A stretch of DNA of 37,739 nt from Octopus bimaculoides (lineage: Eukaryota), in NCBI RefSeq assembly GCF_001194135.2, contig NC_068994.1, forward strand, positions 23,480,244-23,517,982. The letters run 5' to 3'. Below the pieces are notes generated by a model that saw only the letters and a program-made list of their open reading frames with translations, did no database searches and was not told the origin of the DNA. Below, piece by piece: positions 12,911-24,224 of this stretch (position 1 is its first letter; the number at the start of each line of letters is the position of its first letter). The position numbers and the translations under genes were made by a program.

Positions 12911-13065
12911 AGACACGACGTCAGAAAATGGTGTATAGTAGACACAAATGAATGCTCAGACTGAACCAAGTACCTAAATTTGAACGAAGAGTGCTATAGT
13001 GAGTGAATCGGTCGAGCTAATGTAAGTGTGTATGAACTGATATTGTGTAACTACATGCCCATCTC

Positions 13066-13110
<45 letters not shown>

Positions 13111-13183
13111 AAAGTATGCACATAGATGTGAAACAAGATGGGAAAAATAGTACTCGGAGATAGAGTAATATGCTATCTTATTA

Positions 13184-13673
13184 NNNNNNNNNNNNNNNNN
13201 NNNNNNNNNNNNNNNNNNNNNNNNNNNNNNNNNNNNNNNNNNNNNNNNNNNNNNNNNNNNNNNNNNNNNNNNNNNNNNNNNNNNNNNNNNNNNNNNNNNN
13301 NNNNNNNNNNNNNNNNNNNNNNNNNNNNNNNNNNNNNNNNNNNNNNNNNNNNNNNNNNNNNNNNNNNNNNNNNNNNNNNNNNNNNNNNNNNNNNNNNNNN
13401 NNNNNNNNNNNNNNNNNNNNNNNNNNNNNNNNNNNNNNNNNNNNNNNNNNNNNNNNNNNNNNNNNNNNNNNNNNNNNNNNNNNNNNNNNNNNNNNNNNNN
13501 NNNNNNNNNNNNNNNNNNNNNNNNNNNNNNNNNNNNNNNNNNNNNNNNNNNNNNNNNNNNNNNNNNNNNNNNNNNNNNNNNNNNNNNNNNNNNNNNNNNN
13601 NNNNNNNNNNNNNNNNNNNNNNNNNNNNNNNNNNNNNNNNNNNNNNNNNNNNNNNNNNNNNNNNNNNNNNNNN
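13184..13673. other. Assembly gap. Other gaps: 17263-18050, 21567-21874, 23085-23219, 28325-28334, 31991-32000, 34326-34335, 35454-35664, 35938-36440
   Basis: Runs of N, mostly abutting microsatellites. Confidence 0.99.
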
Positions 13674-13773
13674 TTTTATTGCTAGCTGTCTGCAGCGAGC
13701 AATTTCTCTATGTCTTCATACATACAGGGTGATGCAAAAGTAATTATATAAAAAAAAAAATATTAAAAGTTTT

Positions 13774-13860
13774 GATAAAATTATTATTATAGTTGTGATA
13801 AATGTATTACTATAGTTATAATAAATGTTTTATTATAGTTATGATAAATGTATTATTATG
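13774..13860 (+). repeat. 23-bp AT-rich minisatellite, about 3.8 copies
   Basis: GATAAAATTATTATTATAGTTGT / GATAAATGTATTACTATAGTTAT / AATAAATGTTTTATTATAGTTAT / GATAAATGTATTATTATG. Confidence 0.85.
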
Positions 13861-13992
13861 ATTAGTGACACTGAAAATATCAAAAATGAGGCTAATTTAA
13901 TGTGCTAATAATTTTAATGAATTAAGTATTATAACATTGATGTGATAGTAACTGGATACCTATTTTTGCACTCCGCTGTGTGTGTATATGTT

Positions 13993-14069
13993 CGTATGTA
14001 TGTATGTATGCATGCATGTATGTATGTATGTATGTATGTATGTATGTATGTATGTATGTATGTATGTAT
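13993..14069. repeat. (TATG)n microsatellite
   Basis: Direct reading. Confidence 0.95.
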
Positions 14070-14864
14070 ACTTTCATACATACAGTTATTGCCATTTTTG
14101 TCTATGAAACTATATGCTATTCTAAACCCGAACTTTTAAAAATTAGCGTTTCTGTTTCCTTTTCATCTCAATTTCCAGGCAAAAACTCATTTAATAAAAT
14201 TTTATTTAGTTCTTGTTAAGTGATTCTCTATCAGTTACTTCCCTTACATCCGAGAATCGTAATTTTGACATATTTGTCATATTTCAGCAGTTGATTAAGA
14301 AAAGTAACGATTTAATCTTAACAACGGCTATCATTAATACGTGTTAAGTTTCTGTTACTAATCTGCCAGAGTAGATGAGAAGATTATTGAAATGTAAACG
14401 CGCTTTCATCGCTGGGTTTTGTTTTAATCCCCCGTTAACACGAATGTCAGAATGGTATTCACTAAAGGATCATGAAACTGTCTCACTAATTTGTCTGCAT
14501 GCATACATGAATACAAACATAGATGCATGTATTCATTCACATAAATATATATCTACATTCATAAATACACGCACACATATGCACATAAATACATATGTGC
14601 ATAAATATATATGTACTCACACATAGATATATACCTACATACTACATGTGTGTGTGTGTGTGTGTGTGGGTTTGTAATGTTTTTATTCTGCATATCGTCA
14701 CTGTATAACTCAAACGCAGACTTAATAACAAAGGATGAAATTACAATCGATGCACTCACAAGAACACAGACATATTTGAAATGTAATGTACAAAAAGAAA
14801 AAGACAATATTGGTGGTTAGGTTTTAAGACATATCTTATTTTAAGGCTTAAAACAAAGAAGGAA

Positions 14865-14907
14865 AAGAGTCGCAGCGTTTCGGGTGTTAGCCGTTCATCA
14901 GAAAAGC
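14865..14907 (-). ncRNA. Degenerate hammerhead-like motif, Penelope-type pLTR remnant
   Basis: Minus strand CTGATGA-ACGGCTAACACCC-GAAAC-GCTGC-GAC. Core boxes are present, but U16.1 is A and stem I does not pair. Confidence 0.35.
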
Positions 14908-15696
14908 ATCAGGAGGAGAGAGAAATAGGGAAAATGTTGAAGGAAAGAAGAAAGACGGCCGAAAAACTATGCGCAAGGTAGAAATGCGGTTCTATGTGAG
15001 GAGTGGGTAGGTGAGTAAACATATAAGAGTGTATCTGTATTTTCATGGCACGGTTTAGTAGCAATGTGAGGGGTTGGTGTTTGTGTAATCGTTTTTCATA
15101 CGTGCGTGTGTGTGTGTGTGCGCGCGTGAGGAAAGCGTGGAAATAAGACGGTGAGAGCTGGTGCAAGTGTGAGGTAAAAGGAAAGGGAAGATGGCTGTGG
15201 AGGATGTGATTGAAGTGTTTGCAAGGGTATAGATATGAGACGGTGCTACATGGAAGCAAGAGGGAAATGAAAAAGAAAAGCGTGAGTTCAGGGAGAATTA
15301 ATAGAAGAATGAAAGGGAACTGGAGAAAGAATAATTACAATACAACATTGGTACAAAGACGCCATCATTGTTGAGGGAGGAAAGAACATTAGTTAAATGC
15401 GTGGAGGGACGCAAAGCATAAAAACTCAAATAAAAAAAAAAAGAAAGAAAAAATTTAAAATAAACTGGAGAAACAAAAACGAGAGGAGGAAAGGTGCGAA
15501 TTCAGGGAGAGGAGAGAAGTGAGTGAATATAAGAGAAAATTTGAGAAAAAAAATTAATTACACTACAGTACTGATATAACCAAATTTTTTAAACTTCAGT
15601 GAAAAGTAATTTAAAGTTAATACAATAGAGCACTGATGAAAATCTCGGCGGATGAGGGAGGTTATACAACTTGTTTAAAATGCGTAGAGTAAAATA

Positions 15697-16486
15697 TGTG
15701 TCTGATCAATAAGTATCCGAACTGTTGCTATAATAATGAAGCTAGAGCACACAGAGTAAAGCCGCTTGGCACTCTGTTGTTCTAGCTCACTCCCACTGTT
15801 TACAGCAGTGCTTGGAAGCAAAGCGTGTGATCGTCGCATTGACCATGACAGAAAGTTGATGCATCAAATTTTGCCAAAAGCTTGGCGTTACCTGTTCAGA
15901 GGCCTACGCAAAGTTTTCTAAAAGTTTCCATCATTCTCGACACAATCAAGAAGATCTTGTGCAAATGAAACCTGAGTGTCCTTTTGGTCAGCTGAAAGCA
16001 GTTTTGGCGCAAACTTGGCAGACACGCATCTCTTACCCAAATTTTCAGTGATGTTGGACTGAACTGAACGGTAACTAATCTGCACAGCCCCTGATAACTC
16101 ACGGATGGTGATTCGACGATTTTTCCTCACAGCTGCATGCACCTCCGCAATCTTTTTTTCACATCGACATTCTTCAGCCATCTCGGAAATATCTAAACCA
16201 CTCGTACACTTGTGTGCGGCTCAAACACTCCTTTCCATACACTTTCTGCAACACTTGCGCTGGCTTCTGAGCGGATATCGCCATGACAACTTTCTCTGCC
16301 ATGGTCAATGCGACGATCACACGCTACACACCTTCTTTCCAAGCATTGCTATAAACAGCGGAAGAGAGCTAGAACAGTGCACATGCTCAGCAGAGTTCAA
16401 GGTCGATCTGCGCCAAGCGGCTTTACTCTGCGCACTTTTGCTTCGTTACTATAGCAACACTCCGCATACTTATTGATCAGACCTTG
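15697..16486 (-). mobile_element. Mariner derivative made of two 5' ends facing inward
   Basis: Both ends carry (G)GTCTGATCAATAAGTAT(C/G)CG TIR, the 5' UTR and an ATG (15845 +, 16302 -). The minus copy encodes VYGKECLSRTQVYEWFRYFRDG and KIAEVHAAVRKNRRITIRELS..VSAKFAPKLLSADQK..LLDCVEND. The plus copy encodes MT..CIKFCQKLGVTCSEAYAK. Left TA at 15695-15696. Confidence 0.9.
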
Positions 16487-16950
16487 TGTGTAACTACATA
16501 CTTGCATAAATGCACATATGCATACACACTTACATACACATATATATACAAATACATGTATTTATTGAAGCAAACACATATATATTGTTTACGGTATAAA
16601 AATTTAGAAAATAAATCGTTTTTAACGGTGTAAGTCCAAGATAAAGCAAGGATTAATAAAGTTTATTTGGCTAACCGCCCCTTCCCTGAAATGGAAGTCA
16701 AAGAGTGCCAACGAGACTTGAATCCCCATCTTCTATAAGCCTGATAGTCTTTGTAACGCTATATCAAAGCAATCCTTAGAATATTACCAACTAATTTAGA
16801 AGCTTTATCCTTCCCAGCAACATTCGTATGTTGTTTAAGAATTTAGAAACATAGAGAGATATGAAATAACTAATGTATAACAGTATATATGAGTATGTAT
16901 ATTTATATATACATGCATTAGCGATCTGAAACTTTTCAGACTCTCTTTAA

Positions 16951-17080
16951 ACTCTCTGATGAAGCCTAGAGGCACACCCAATACTCTGATTTTAGCCACC
17001 GATCACGACAGAACACTGAAGAGATGGAAATAACATGTAGAGTATTGTGACCTCTCGGCAGAAACGGTCGTAAGAAAGTG
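16951..17080 (+). ncRNA. Type I hammerhead ribozyme candidate with extended stem II
   Basis: CTGATGA 16956-16962. Stem II GCC.AGAGG/CCTCT.GGC plus CAATACTCT/AGAGTATTG (9 bp perfect). GAAA 17061-17064. Stem III ACG-GT-CGT. GUA triplet 17070-17072. Weak stem I (ACTCT with AGAAAGT). Confidence 0.65.
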
Positions 17081-18300
17081 TTATTTTTCTATTCTATAAA
17101 TTACTGGTACGTATGTATGTAATACAGTCTTTACATATGTATATATTCTCATAAATGTTTTAAAACAAATAAACAGACATAATATAATATCTAACAGTTG
17201 ATGTATACTATCTCTGTATCCCCTCCATTTTCTTCTTGCCGTATATATATATATATATATATNNNNNNNNNNNNNNNNNNNNNNNNNNNNNNNNNNNNNN
17301 NNNNNNNNNNNNNNNNNNNNNNNNNNNNNNNNNNNNNNNNNNNNNNNNNNNNNNNNNNNNNNNNNNNNNNNNNNNNNNNNNNNNNNNNNNNNNNNNNNNN
17401 NNNNNNNNNNNNNNNNNNNNNNNNNNNNNNNNNNNNNNNNNNNNNNNNNNNNNNNNNNNNNNNNNNNNNNNNNNNNNNNNNNNNNNNNNNNNNNNNNNNN
17501 NNNNNNNNNNNNNNNNNNNNNNNNNNNNNNNNNNNNNNNNNNNNNNNNNNNNNNNNNNNNNNNNNNNNNNNNNNNNNNNNNNNNNNNNNNNNNNNNNNNN
17601 NNNNNNNNNNNNNNNNNNNNNNNNNNNNNNNNNNNNNNNNNNNNNNNNNNNNNNNNNNNNNNNNNNNNNNNNNNNNNNNNNNNNNNNNNNNNNNNNNNNN
17701 NNNNNNNNNNNNNNNNNNNNNNNNNNNNNNNNNNNNNNNNNNNNNNNNNNNNNNNNNNNNNNNNNNNNNNNNNNNNNNNNNNNNNNNNNNNNNNNNNNNN
17801 NNNNNNNNNNNNNNNNNNNNNNNNNNNNNNNNNNNNNNNNNNNNNNNNNNNNNNNNNNNNNNNNNNNNNNNNNNNNNNNNNNNNNNNNNNNNNNNNNNNN
17901 NNNNNNNNNNNNNNNNNNNNNNNNNNNNNNNNNNNNNNNNNNNNNNNNNNNNNNNNNNNNNNNNNNNNNNNNNNNNNNNNNNNNNNNNNNNNNNNNNNNN
18001 NNNNNNNNNNNNNNNNNNNNNNNNNNNNNNNNNNNNNNNNNNNNNNNNNNAACGATATTATAAACTATAAAGATTAATAATTAATCAAATAATATTAATC
18101 AAAAATAATCGAAAATATATCAACATTATTCCAATCGAAGTTCTAATATTATGTTGAAATGAAACTATAACTTCTAAATAATATAGTGTTAAATAAGTTA
18201 TCTATTAAAATAATCTATAAAGAACCAAATGAATAGTATAAAAACAAGAATACATATTATTTTCAAATAGTAGAAAATCTTTAGCAAAGTGAAAACAGAC

Positions 18301-18420
18301 GTGGCTGTGTTTGTAAGAAGCTATAGTAGAAGACACTTGCCCAAGCTACTATAGCTTCGGGCCGACCAACGCCTTGTAAGTGGATTTGGTAGTAGGAAAC
18401 TGAAAGAAGCCTGTCATATA
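18301..18420 (+). mobile_element. Family B SINE 5' part with internal micro-inversion
   Basis: GTGGCTGTGT..AAGAAG..CTACTATAGCTTCGGGCCGACCAACGCCTTGTAAGTGGATTTGGTAG..GGAAACTGAAAGAAGCC. Matches 26171-26326 on the minus strand. Confidence 0.8.
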
Positions 18421-18627
18421 TTTTTGTATTTTATTATTATTTTTTTATTATTTCTATGTTATTGTCCTCTTGTTTGACAGAAACAGTTGTCTGGAAGTAT
18501 TGAATAATGAATTAATAAATACATAATTAACAACAGAATCTGCTTCAGTTCATTTTAATGTTTAATGAACTATCTCTTATAATGATATTTTTGCTATATA
18601 TATGTATATATAACCACGTGTGGATGT

Positions 18628-18832
18628 CTGTGTTTGTTCCCCCTATCAACACTTGATAACTGGTGTTGGTGTGTTTACGTCCCTGTGTTTATGTCGGCAA
18701 AAGAGACCGATAGAATAAGCACTAGGCTTAAAAAATAAGTACTGGAGCCGATTCATCCGGCTAAAATAAAATTCAAGGCGGTGCCACAGCATGGCCGCGC
18801 TCTAATGACAGAAACAGGTAAAAGATAAAAGA
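18628..18832 (+). mobile_element. Family B SINE 3' part
   Basis: GTGTTTGTTCCCC..CGGCAAAAGAGACCGATAGAATAAGCACTAGGC..GGCGGTGCCACAGCATGGCCGC..GAAACAGGTAAAAGA. Second copy at 22538-22740. Confidence 0.8.
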
Positions 18833-18874
18833 TATATATGTGTGTGTGCGTGCGTGTGTGTATTGCTTATAAAA

Positions 18875-19016
18875 TATTGGCTTCAAATTTTGGCACAGAG
18901 TCAAGAATTTTCAGAGTGGGTAAATCGGATGTACCGACCCCAGTGCTCAGTTGTTATTTCATCGGCCCCGAAAGGATGAAAGACAAAGTCGACCTCGGCG
19001 GAATTTGAACTCAGAA
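18875..19016 (-). mobile_element. Family A SINE 3' half
   Basis: Reverse complement of the B-box-to-tail portion. Confidence 0.85.
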
Positions 19017-20215
19017 TTCTGCGAGCTTAAATACTTGCAAAATTTTGGGGAAAGGGGTTGGTCCTCTGTTTTGATAATGTCGAGTTTAAGTGAGTTTATC
19101 ATTAATTAGTATAATTAACACAGAATATACACTTCTGGTCACAAGTTCATGAAGTGTACGTATATTGTATGGTCTGTTAGAAATAGCAACTAATGTTCCT
19201 CAAATCACAATCTGCTGTCTTATAAGGGACGTAACTGGATGTGTGCATATATTTGAATATATTAAAGCTTTAACAATGGCTGGATGATAACAGTTTGAAC
19301 ACCGCAACAACAACATCGATTTATTTTTCACTGATATATTTATGTTGGCAGATAAATGTTTTCTGTGGTTTTATCAAAGTTATTGCAAGATAATCTAGCT
19401 TTGGATATAATCCATTAAGTAGAGATGCATTTTTCCTAATATTAAGTAGCTTGTGTTTCTTGGAACAGGCAAACTACCTCTGTTTACGACTGCCAGTAGG
19501 TGTACAAGTATCAGTGAGTAAATGAACACGAGTGTCATATCACAGCTTTAAATACAAAAGAAAATGAGAAACACTAACTGGTAAGTGAATAACATTTTGG
19601 GGTGGGAAGTGCATTTGATTTTAGTTTTGATTTGATCTCGCATCCATTGAACAGCAGCGTAACAGGTTCCTAGTGGCCTAGTTACTCGTTCAACATATAT
19701 TTTAACTGGCGACTGTGAAACAGAGGTGCCTATAATTCTGTGTAAAGGACTCCATTCAAAGAGCACTGTTTTTCTTCGATGGTTACCTATTCCAACGGTA
19801 TACATTGACGCATATAAACCTACACATGCAATCGGATTTCGCACAGTTTATTCCATGACCGTCGAGGCTACAGTACATGTCGTCGGGTCCGCAGTAGCTG
19901 TGTAGCGAAATTCTTGGATCTTTTCAGAATTGCCCGATTTATTTTTGTAAAATTCTACCCAAATGTACTTTTGCTAAGTTTTTACAAATATTACGTTCAT
20001 CTTTTGGAAAAATTAATAGTAAAAAGTTACGAACATTAAAATATTGAAAATTTTGACAATTTTAACCAATCAGAGTTATTGACATACAGGGTTAGTAATA
20101 CGATGGTACACTGTTATGCGTTTTCTTCTTAAATTGAAGCACACAACTCATTTGGAAGTGGCGGGCGAAACAAAGGTCTGTAAAGAAAGGGGAAGGGGAC
20201 AGTTTTAACAACATA

Positions 20216-20897
20216 TGAGGGGGTTCCCAAAAGTAACCGGAAACGTTCTCTGGGAGACAAACCCGTTGTAGTTCAGGCTTCCACCGCTAGAAAACACTTG
20301 ATGTGACCCTCAGGCATCAGTCTGCCGACTGGCGTCGTCAGGTCAAGTTGTACTGCCACGTGGTGCGTCTTTGTTTTGCAGTGCTTCTCCCATGTTCGAC
20401 GATAATTGCAATGACTGAAACGAAGGAACAGCGTGCTTCCGTGAAGTTCAGTTTTCTGCTGGGAAAAACGGCGGCCAAAACAGTTGTCATGTTTTAAACA
20501 GCTTACAAGAACGCTGCCACGAGCAAAATACAAGTTTACGAGTGATTTTTCACGCTTTAGGAATGGTCACAAAATTTGTGCCTCACTTGCTCATGAATGA
20601 TCAAAAGTAGTCACGACAGAATGCATGTCGTGAACTGAAAGAACAGTTGGAAGTTGATCCAGACATTTTTTCGAAGGTTATCACTGGTGAAGAAAGCTGG
20701 TGTTAACGGAATTTGCAGATGTTAAAAGGCATCAGTTCGCATGAATTCCAGCACTGCTTCGAACAGTGAAAAACACGGGTGGATCGATGTATTACTTCAA
20801 ATGGAGAATACTTTGAAGGTGATAAAAATGTAAACATGTAAAACTAAGTGAATAAAATAATATTGCAAACTTCTGGTTTCTTTTGGGTACCCCCTCG
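20216..20897 (+). mobile_element. Internally deleted mariner element (second subfamily)
   Basis: 27-bp TIRs TGAGGGGGTTCCCAAAAGTAACCGGAA and CGAGGGGGTACCCAAAAGAAACCAGAA (4 mismatches); left TA at 20214-20215. ATG at 20411: MTETKEQRASVKFSFLLGKTAA, KIQVYE*FSRFRNG, KFVPHLL (WVPHEL motif), ITGEESW (first D replaced by E), HEFQHCFEQ*KTRVDRCITSNGEYFEGDK. Most of the DD34D domain is deleted. Confidence 0.92.
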
Positions 20898-21874
20898 AAT
20901 ATTTGATTTGCTATCTAAATATATACGCAATACCATTAAAGAACAGTGTATGTAGTATATTTACATTGTAAAACGGTATGAATAAATAACGGAAAAAAAA
21001 ATTATACGTTTTTAACCTAGGCAACATGACCTTGTAAAGCACTTATTTCTCTCTGCACTGCTTGCGGCTGACTGTGTAGCTGAAGCGGTCTAAACGTTGC
21101 TAGATGCTTATTTTTCAAAATTATGCCTATTAGTTTTACTATCATAATGTATTTAAATATGACAATTAATACTAATAATAATAAACGATAATGGTCAAAT
21201 TCGGGCATAATGATAAACTGCAATGATTGATTTTGTGAAGAAAGTGCGCTTGATAGGAAATTTCTTTGTAATTTTTGAAATCAGCAGGTAAAAATCAATC
21301 AATTTCACCGAGTAAATCTGAAACAACTTTTGGGCGCAAACCTGTGTAATGTAATCACTACTGATGGGCTGAAATAACTGCAAAATATCGACATCCACCT
21401 TTCTCGTTCACCTATAGAGCAATATGTCCCGGCTGGTTTTGAGGTATTCAGTATTTTTTAACATTCAATGTCTTAAAAGGACGTTTCCCTGGACGAAATT
21501 GCGCAGCTAAAAATTGTATAAACAAAGCATGCACATTAAGTATGCCTTCCAACAACATAGTTCCGGNNNNNNNNNNNNNNNNNNNNNNNNNNNNNNNNNN
21601 NNNNNNNNNNNNNNNNNNNNNNNNNNNNNNNNNNNNNNNNNNNNNNNNNNNNNNNNNNNNNNNNNNNNNNNNNNNNNNNNNNNNNNNNNNNNNNNNNNNN
21701 NNNNNNNNNNNNNNNNNNNNNNNNNNNNNNNNNNNNNNNNNNNNNNNNNNNNNNNNNNNNNNNNNNNNNNNNNNNNNNNNNNNNNNNNNNNNNNNNNNNN
21801 NNNNNNNNNNNNNNNNNNNNNNNNNNNNNNNNNNNNNNNNNNNNNNNNNNNNNNNNNNNNNNNNNNNNNNNNNN

Positions 21875-21909
<35 letters not shown>

Positions 21910-21979
21910 AATATATACATATAATCTTTGAGCAAGAGATAAACAGTAACAAAATGGAATCGTAAAATATATTTGCCAA

Positions 21980-22095
21980 CTAAATGTGGCGGTCCTACAG
22001 AGGACGGTGTTACTGTTATTTTTAGCCTCAGGAAGACATCTCCTCCAGCTGGCCAACGACACACAGTCTGTGCCCGATTAGTATTTGCGAGGAAG
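21980..22095 (+). repeat. Interspersed repeat, family D
   Basis: GTTACTGTTATTTTTAGCCTCAGGAAGACATCTCCTCCAGCTGGCCAACGACACAC matches 35340-35453 and 35690-35799. Confidence 0.7.
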
Positions 22096-22537
22096 GTATC
22101 ACGTAAGTGTAGAGATGAGAGCGATGACTTCCGTCGCAAATACTAATCGGATACAGACTGTGTCGCTGATATAACTTTTGATGTATTGATTTATATTTTG
22201 CATATAGTTATTTACCCTATGTGTTTGGTCTCTGTCCTTTGGTTTAAGGTTTTCCTTGTTTATGAATTTATCCTAAATTTATCCTGAATTTTGTTCATTG
22301 CATGCTTAAGACTGTTAGTTGAAAGGACCAATGAAACAAAACCATTTTCAAATGTTAATCCATTAAACTAATTTTATGTTTGCTTATAACCTTATTTCTG
22401 TTCCATTCTAAAGAAAACTGTCCGACGAACGGGAACGTGAAACTCTGAGTAACAGTTTTTGTGATATTTCTGCTTATATATATATATATATATATATACA
22501 CCCCACACACACATATATATATAGTGTGTGTGTGTGT

Positions 22538-22740
22538 TTGTGTTTGTTTCCCCATTATTGCTTGATAACTAATGTTGATTGTTTACTCCCCGTAATCTAG
22601 CGGTTCGGCAAAATGAACCGATAGATTAAGTACTAGTCGTACAAAAGATAAGTCCTGGAGTCGATTTCTCCGACTAAAATTCCTTTAAGGTGGGGCTCCA
22701 GCATTGCCGCAGTGAAATGCCTGAAACAAGTAAAAGAATA
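22538..22740 (+). mobile_element. Family B SINE 3' part, preceded by a TA/CA/TG microsatellite
   Basis: Similarity to 18628-18832. Confidence 0.8.
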
Positions 22741-22931
22741 TATAACGCAGTAGCTAGTTAGAAAATCTCAATAAGAGATGAAAGTAGTTACTATTATTGA
22801 AAAGATAATAGGAGTTCGCTTTCCTACTTGTAATATGTACCGGGTGCAGATTGCATCGGTAACAAGCTGGGGTTAAAACGAAAGTAACGTCGAACAGCCA
22901 AATTGATGTGGCGATAAATATTACTTCTAAG

Positions 22932-22932
<1 letters not shown>

Positions 22933-22966
<34 letters not shown>

Positions 22967-23044
22967 ATATCTATCTATCTATCTATCTATCTATCCATCT
23001 ATCTATCTATCTGTCTATCTGTCTGTCTATTCTCTCTATCTCTC

Positions 23045-23084
<40 letters not shown>
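22933..23084. repeat. (TCTA)n/(TCTG)n/(CT)n compound microsatellite
   Basis: Direct reading. Confidence 0.95.
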
Positions 23085-23484
23085 NNNNNNNNNNNNNNNN
23101 NNNNNNNNNNNNNNNNNNNNNNNNNNNNNNNNNNNNNNNNNNNNNNNNNNNNNNNNNNNNNNNNNNNNNNNNNNNNNNNNNNNNNNNNNNNNNNNNNNNN
23201 NNNNNNNNNNNNNNNNNNNATATATATATATATATATAGCATGACCACAACCTTAAGGTTGGAACGTACAAAAGAATAAAAGAATATGTATATATAACGA
23301 AAATAGGCTGAAAGAGGCTGCAATTGGGACAATGAAATCGAATATACTAAATAGGATATAAGATAACTTCTTGATGTACTAAAACCATCTTCGCTTCGAG
23401 AGACGGGAAACAATCCCCTATCGGTAATTGTAGTCGATTTTTGAGAGAAATATCAGACAGAAGGAAAGAGTGCGAGAAAGAGAG

Positions 23485-23642
23485 GAATTGATCCCATTAT
23501 AGGACTGGTACTTTATATATCGATCCAAAAAGAATGAAAAGTAATGTTGACCTCGGTAGAATTTAAACAAAGAGCATAGAAAGACAGGACAATTACTACA
23601 AAGTAATCAATCTAGCACTCAAACGACTACCATTTGGCTGCC
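23485..23642 (-). mobile_element. Family A SINE, diverged
   Basis: GACTGGTACTT..TCGATCC..AATGAAAAG..GTTGACCTCGGTAGAATTT..GCTGCC. Confidence 0.7.
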
Positions 23643-24138
23643 AACCGATCAATGTAACAGTTAAATGTTTATAAAATTGTGTCCTGTTAATTTAGAATTT
23701 ATGTTGAATAACTAATATAAATTACAAAAGCAAAGAATGAATCCAAATTGCTTAATAAGATTAGTGATACTGATATTTGAAAGAATGACGTTCTAAACAG
23801 GAAATAGAAAACGAAACAGCTGTAGTTTAATTATATAAAACTCTTGCCGTGTCGAATTAACTCTTCTCTTTAATTCCAGATGTTTAAGATTATAATCTGC
23901 ATTGAATAAACAATTTTTAATTTGCATTCGTTCTCTGTGGTGAATATAGAATGCATATCAACATAATTGAAATTTTTACCTATGTGTAAAATAACTCTGG
24001 AAATCACGTTATGTATGGTTACTATTGATATGTACCTTTGATGTTACCGCATGGGATTAGAATAAAACTTGATGCAATTGATGCTTGCTTGCTAATTTAT
24101 GTAGACTAATTGATATATAGTGTGTACATGAAATATAG

Positions 24139-24139
<1 letters not shown>

Positions 24140-24222
<83 letters not shown>
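24140..24222. repeat. (AG)n microsatellite
   Basis: Direct reading. Confidence 0.95.

Positions 24223-24224
<2 letters not shown>

Noticed and set aside
13722-13742. TACAGGGTGATGCAAAAGT, Tc1/mariner-like TIR
   Set aside because: Orphan, with no partner end or transposase sequence visible.
17016-17030. Nested CTGAAGA..GAAA inside the stem II loop of the hammerhead candidate
   Set aside because: Only 4 unpaired nt between the boxes, and no stem III or NUH triplet.
19620-19920. Several open frames, a Cys-rich peptide and an FFDGYLF motif reminiscent of FLYWCH
   Set aside because: No consistent frame, splice sites or complete motif.
21270-21450. Plus-strand frame FHRVNLKQLLGANLCNVITTDGLK*LQNIDIHLSRSPIEQYVPAGFE
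   Set aside because: Internal stop, poor donor (GTATTC) and unrecognised peptide.
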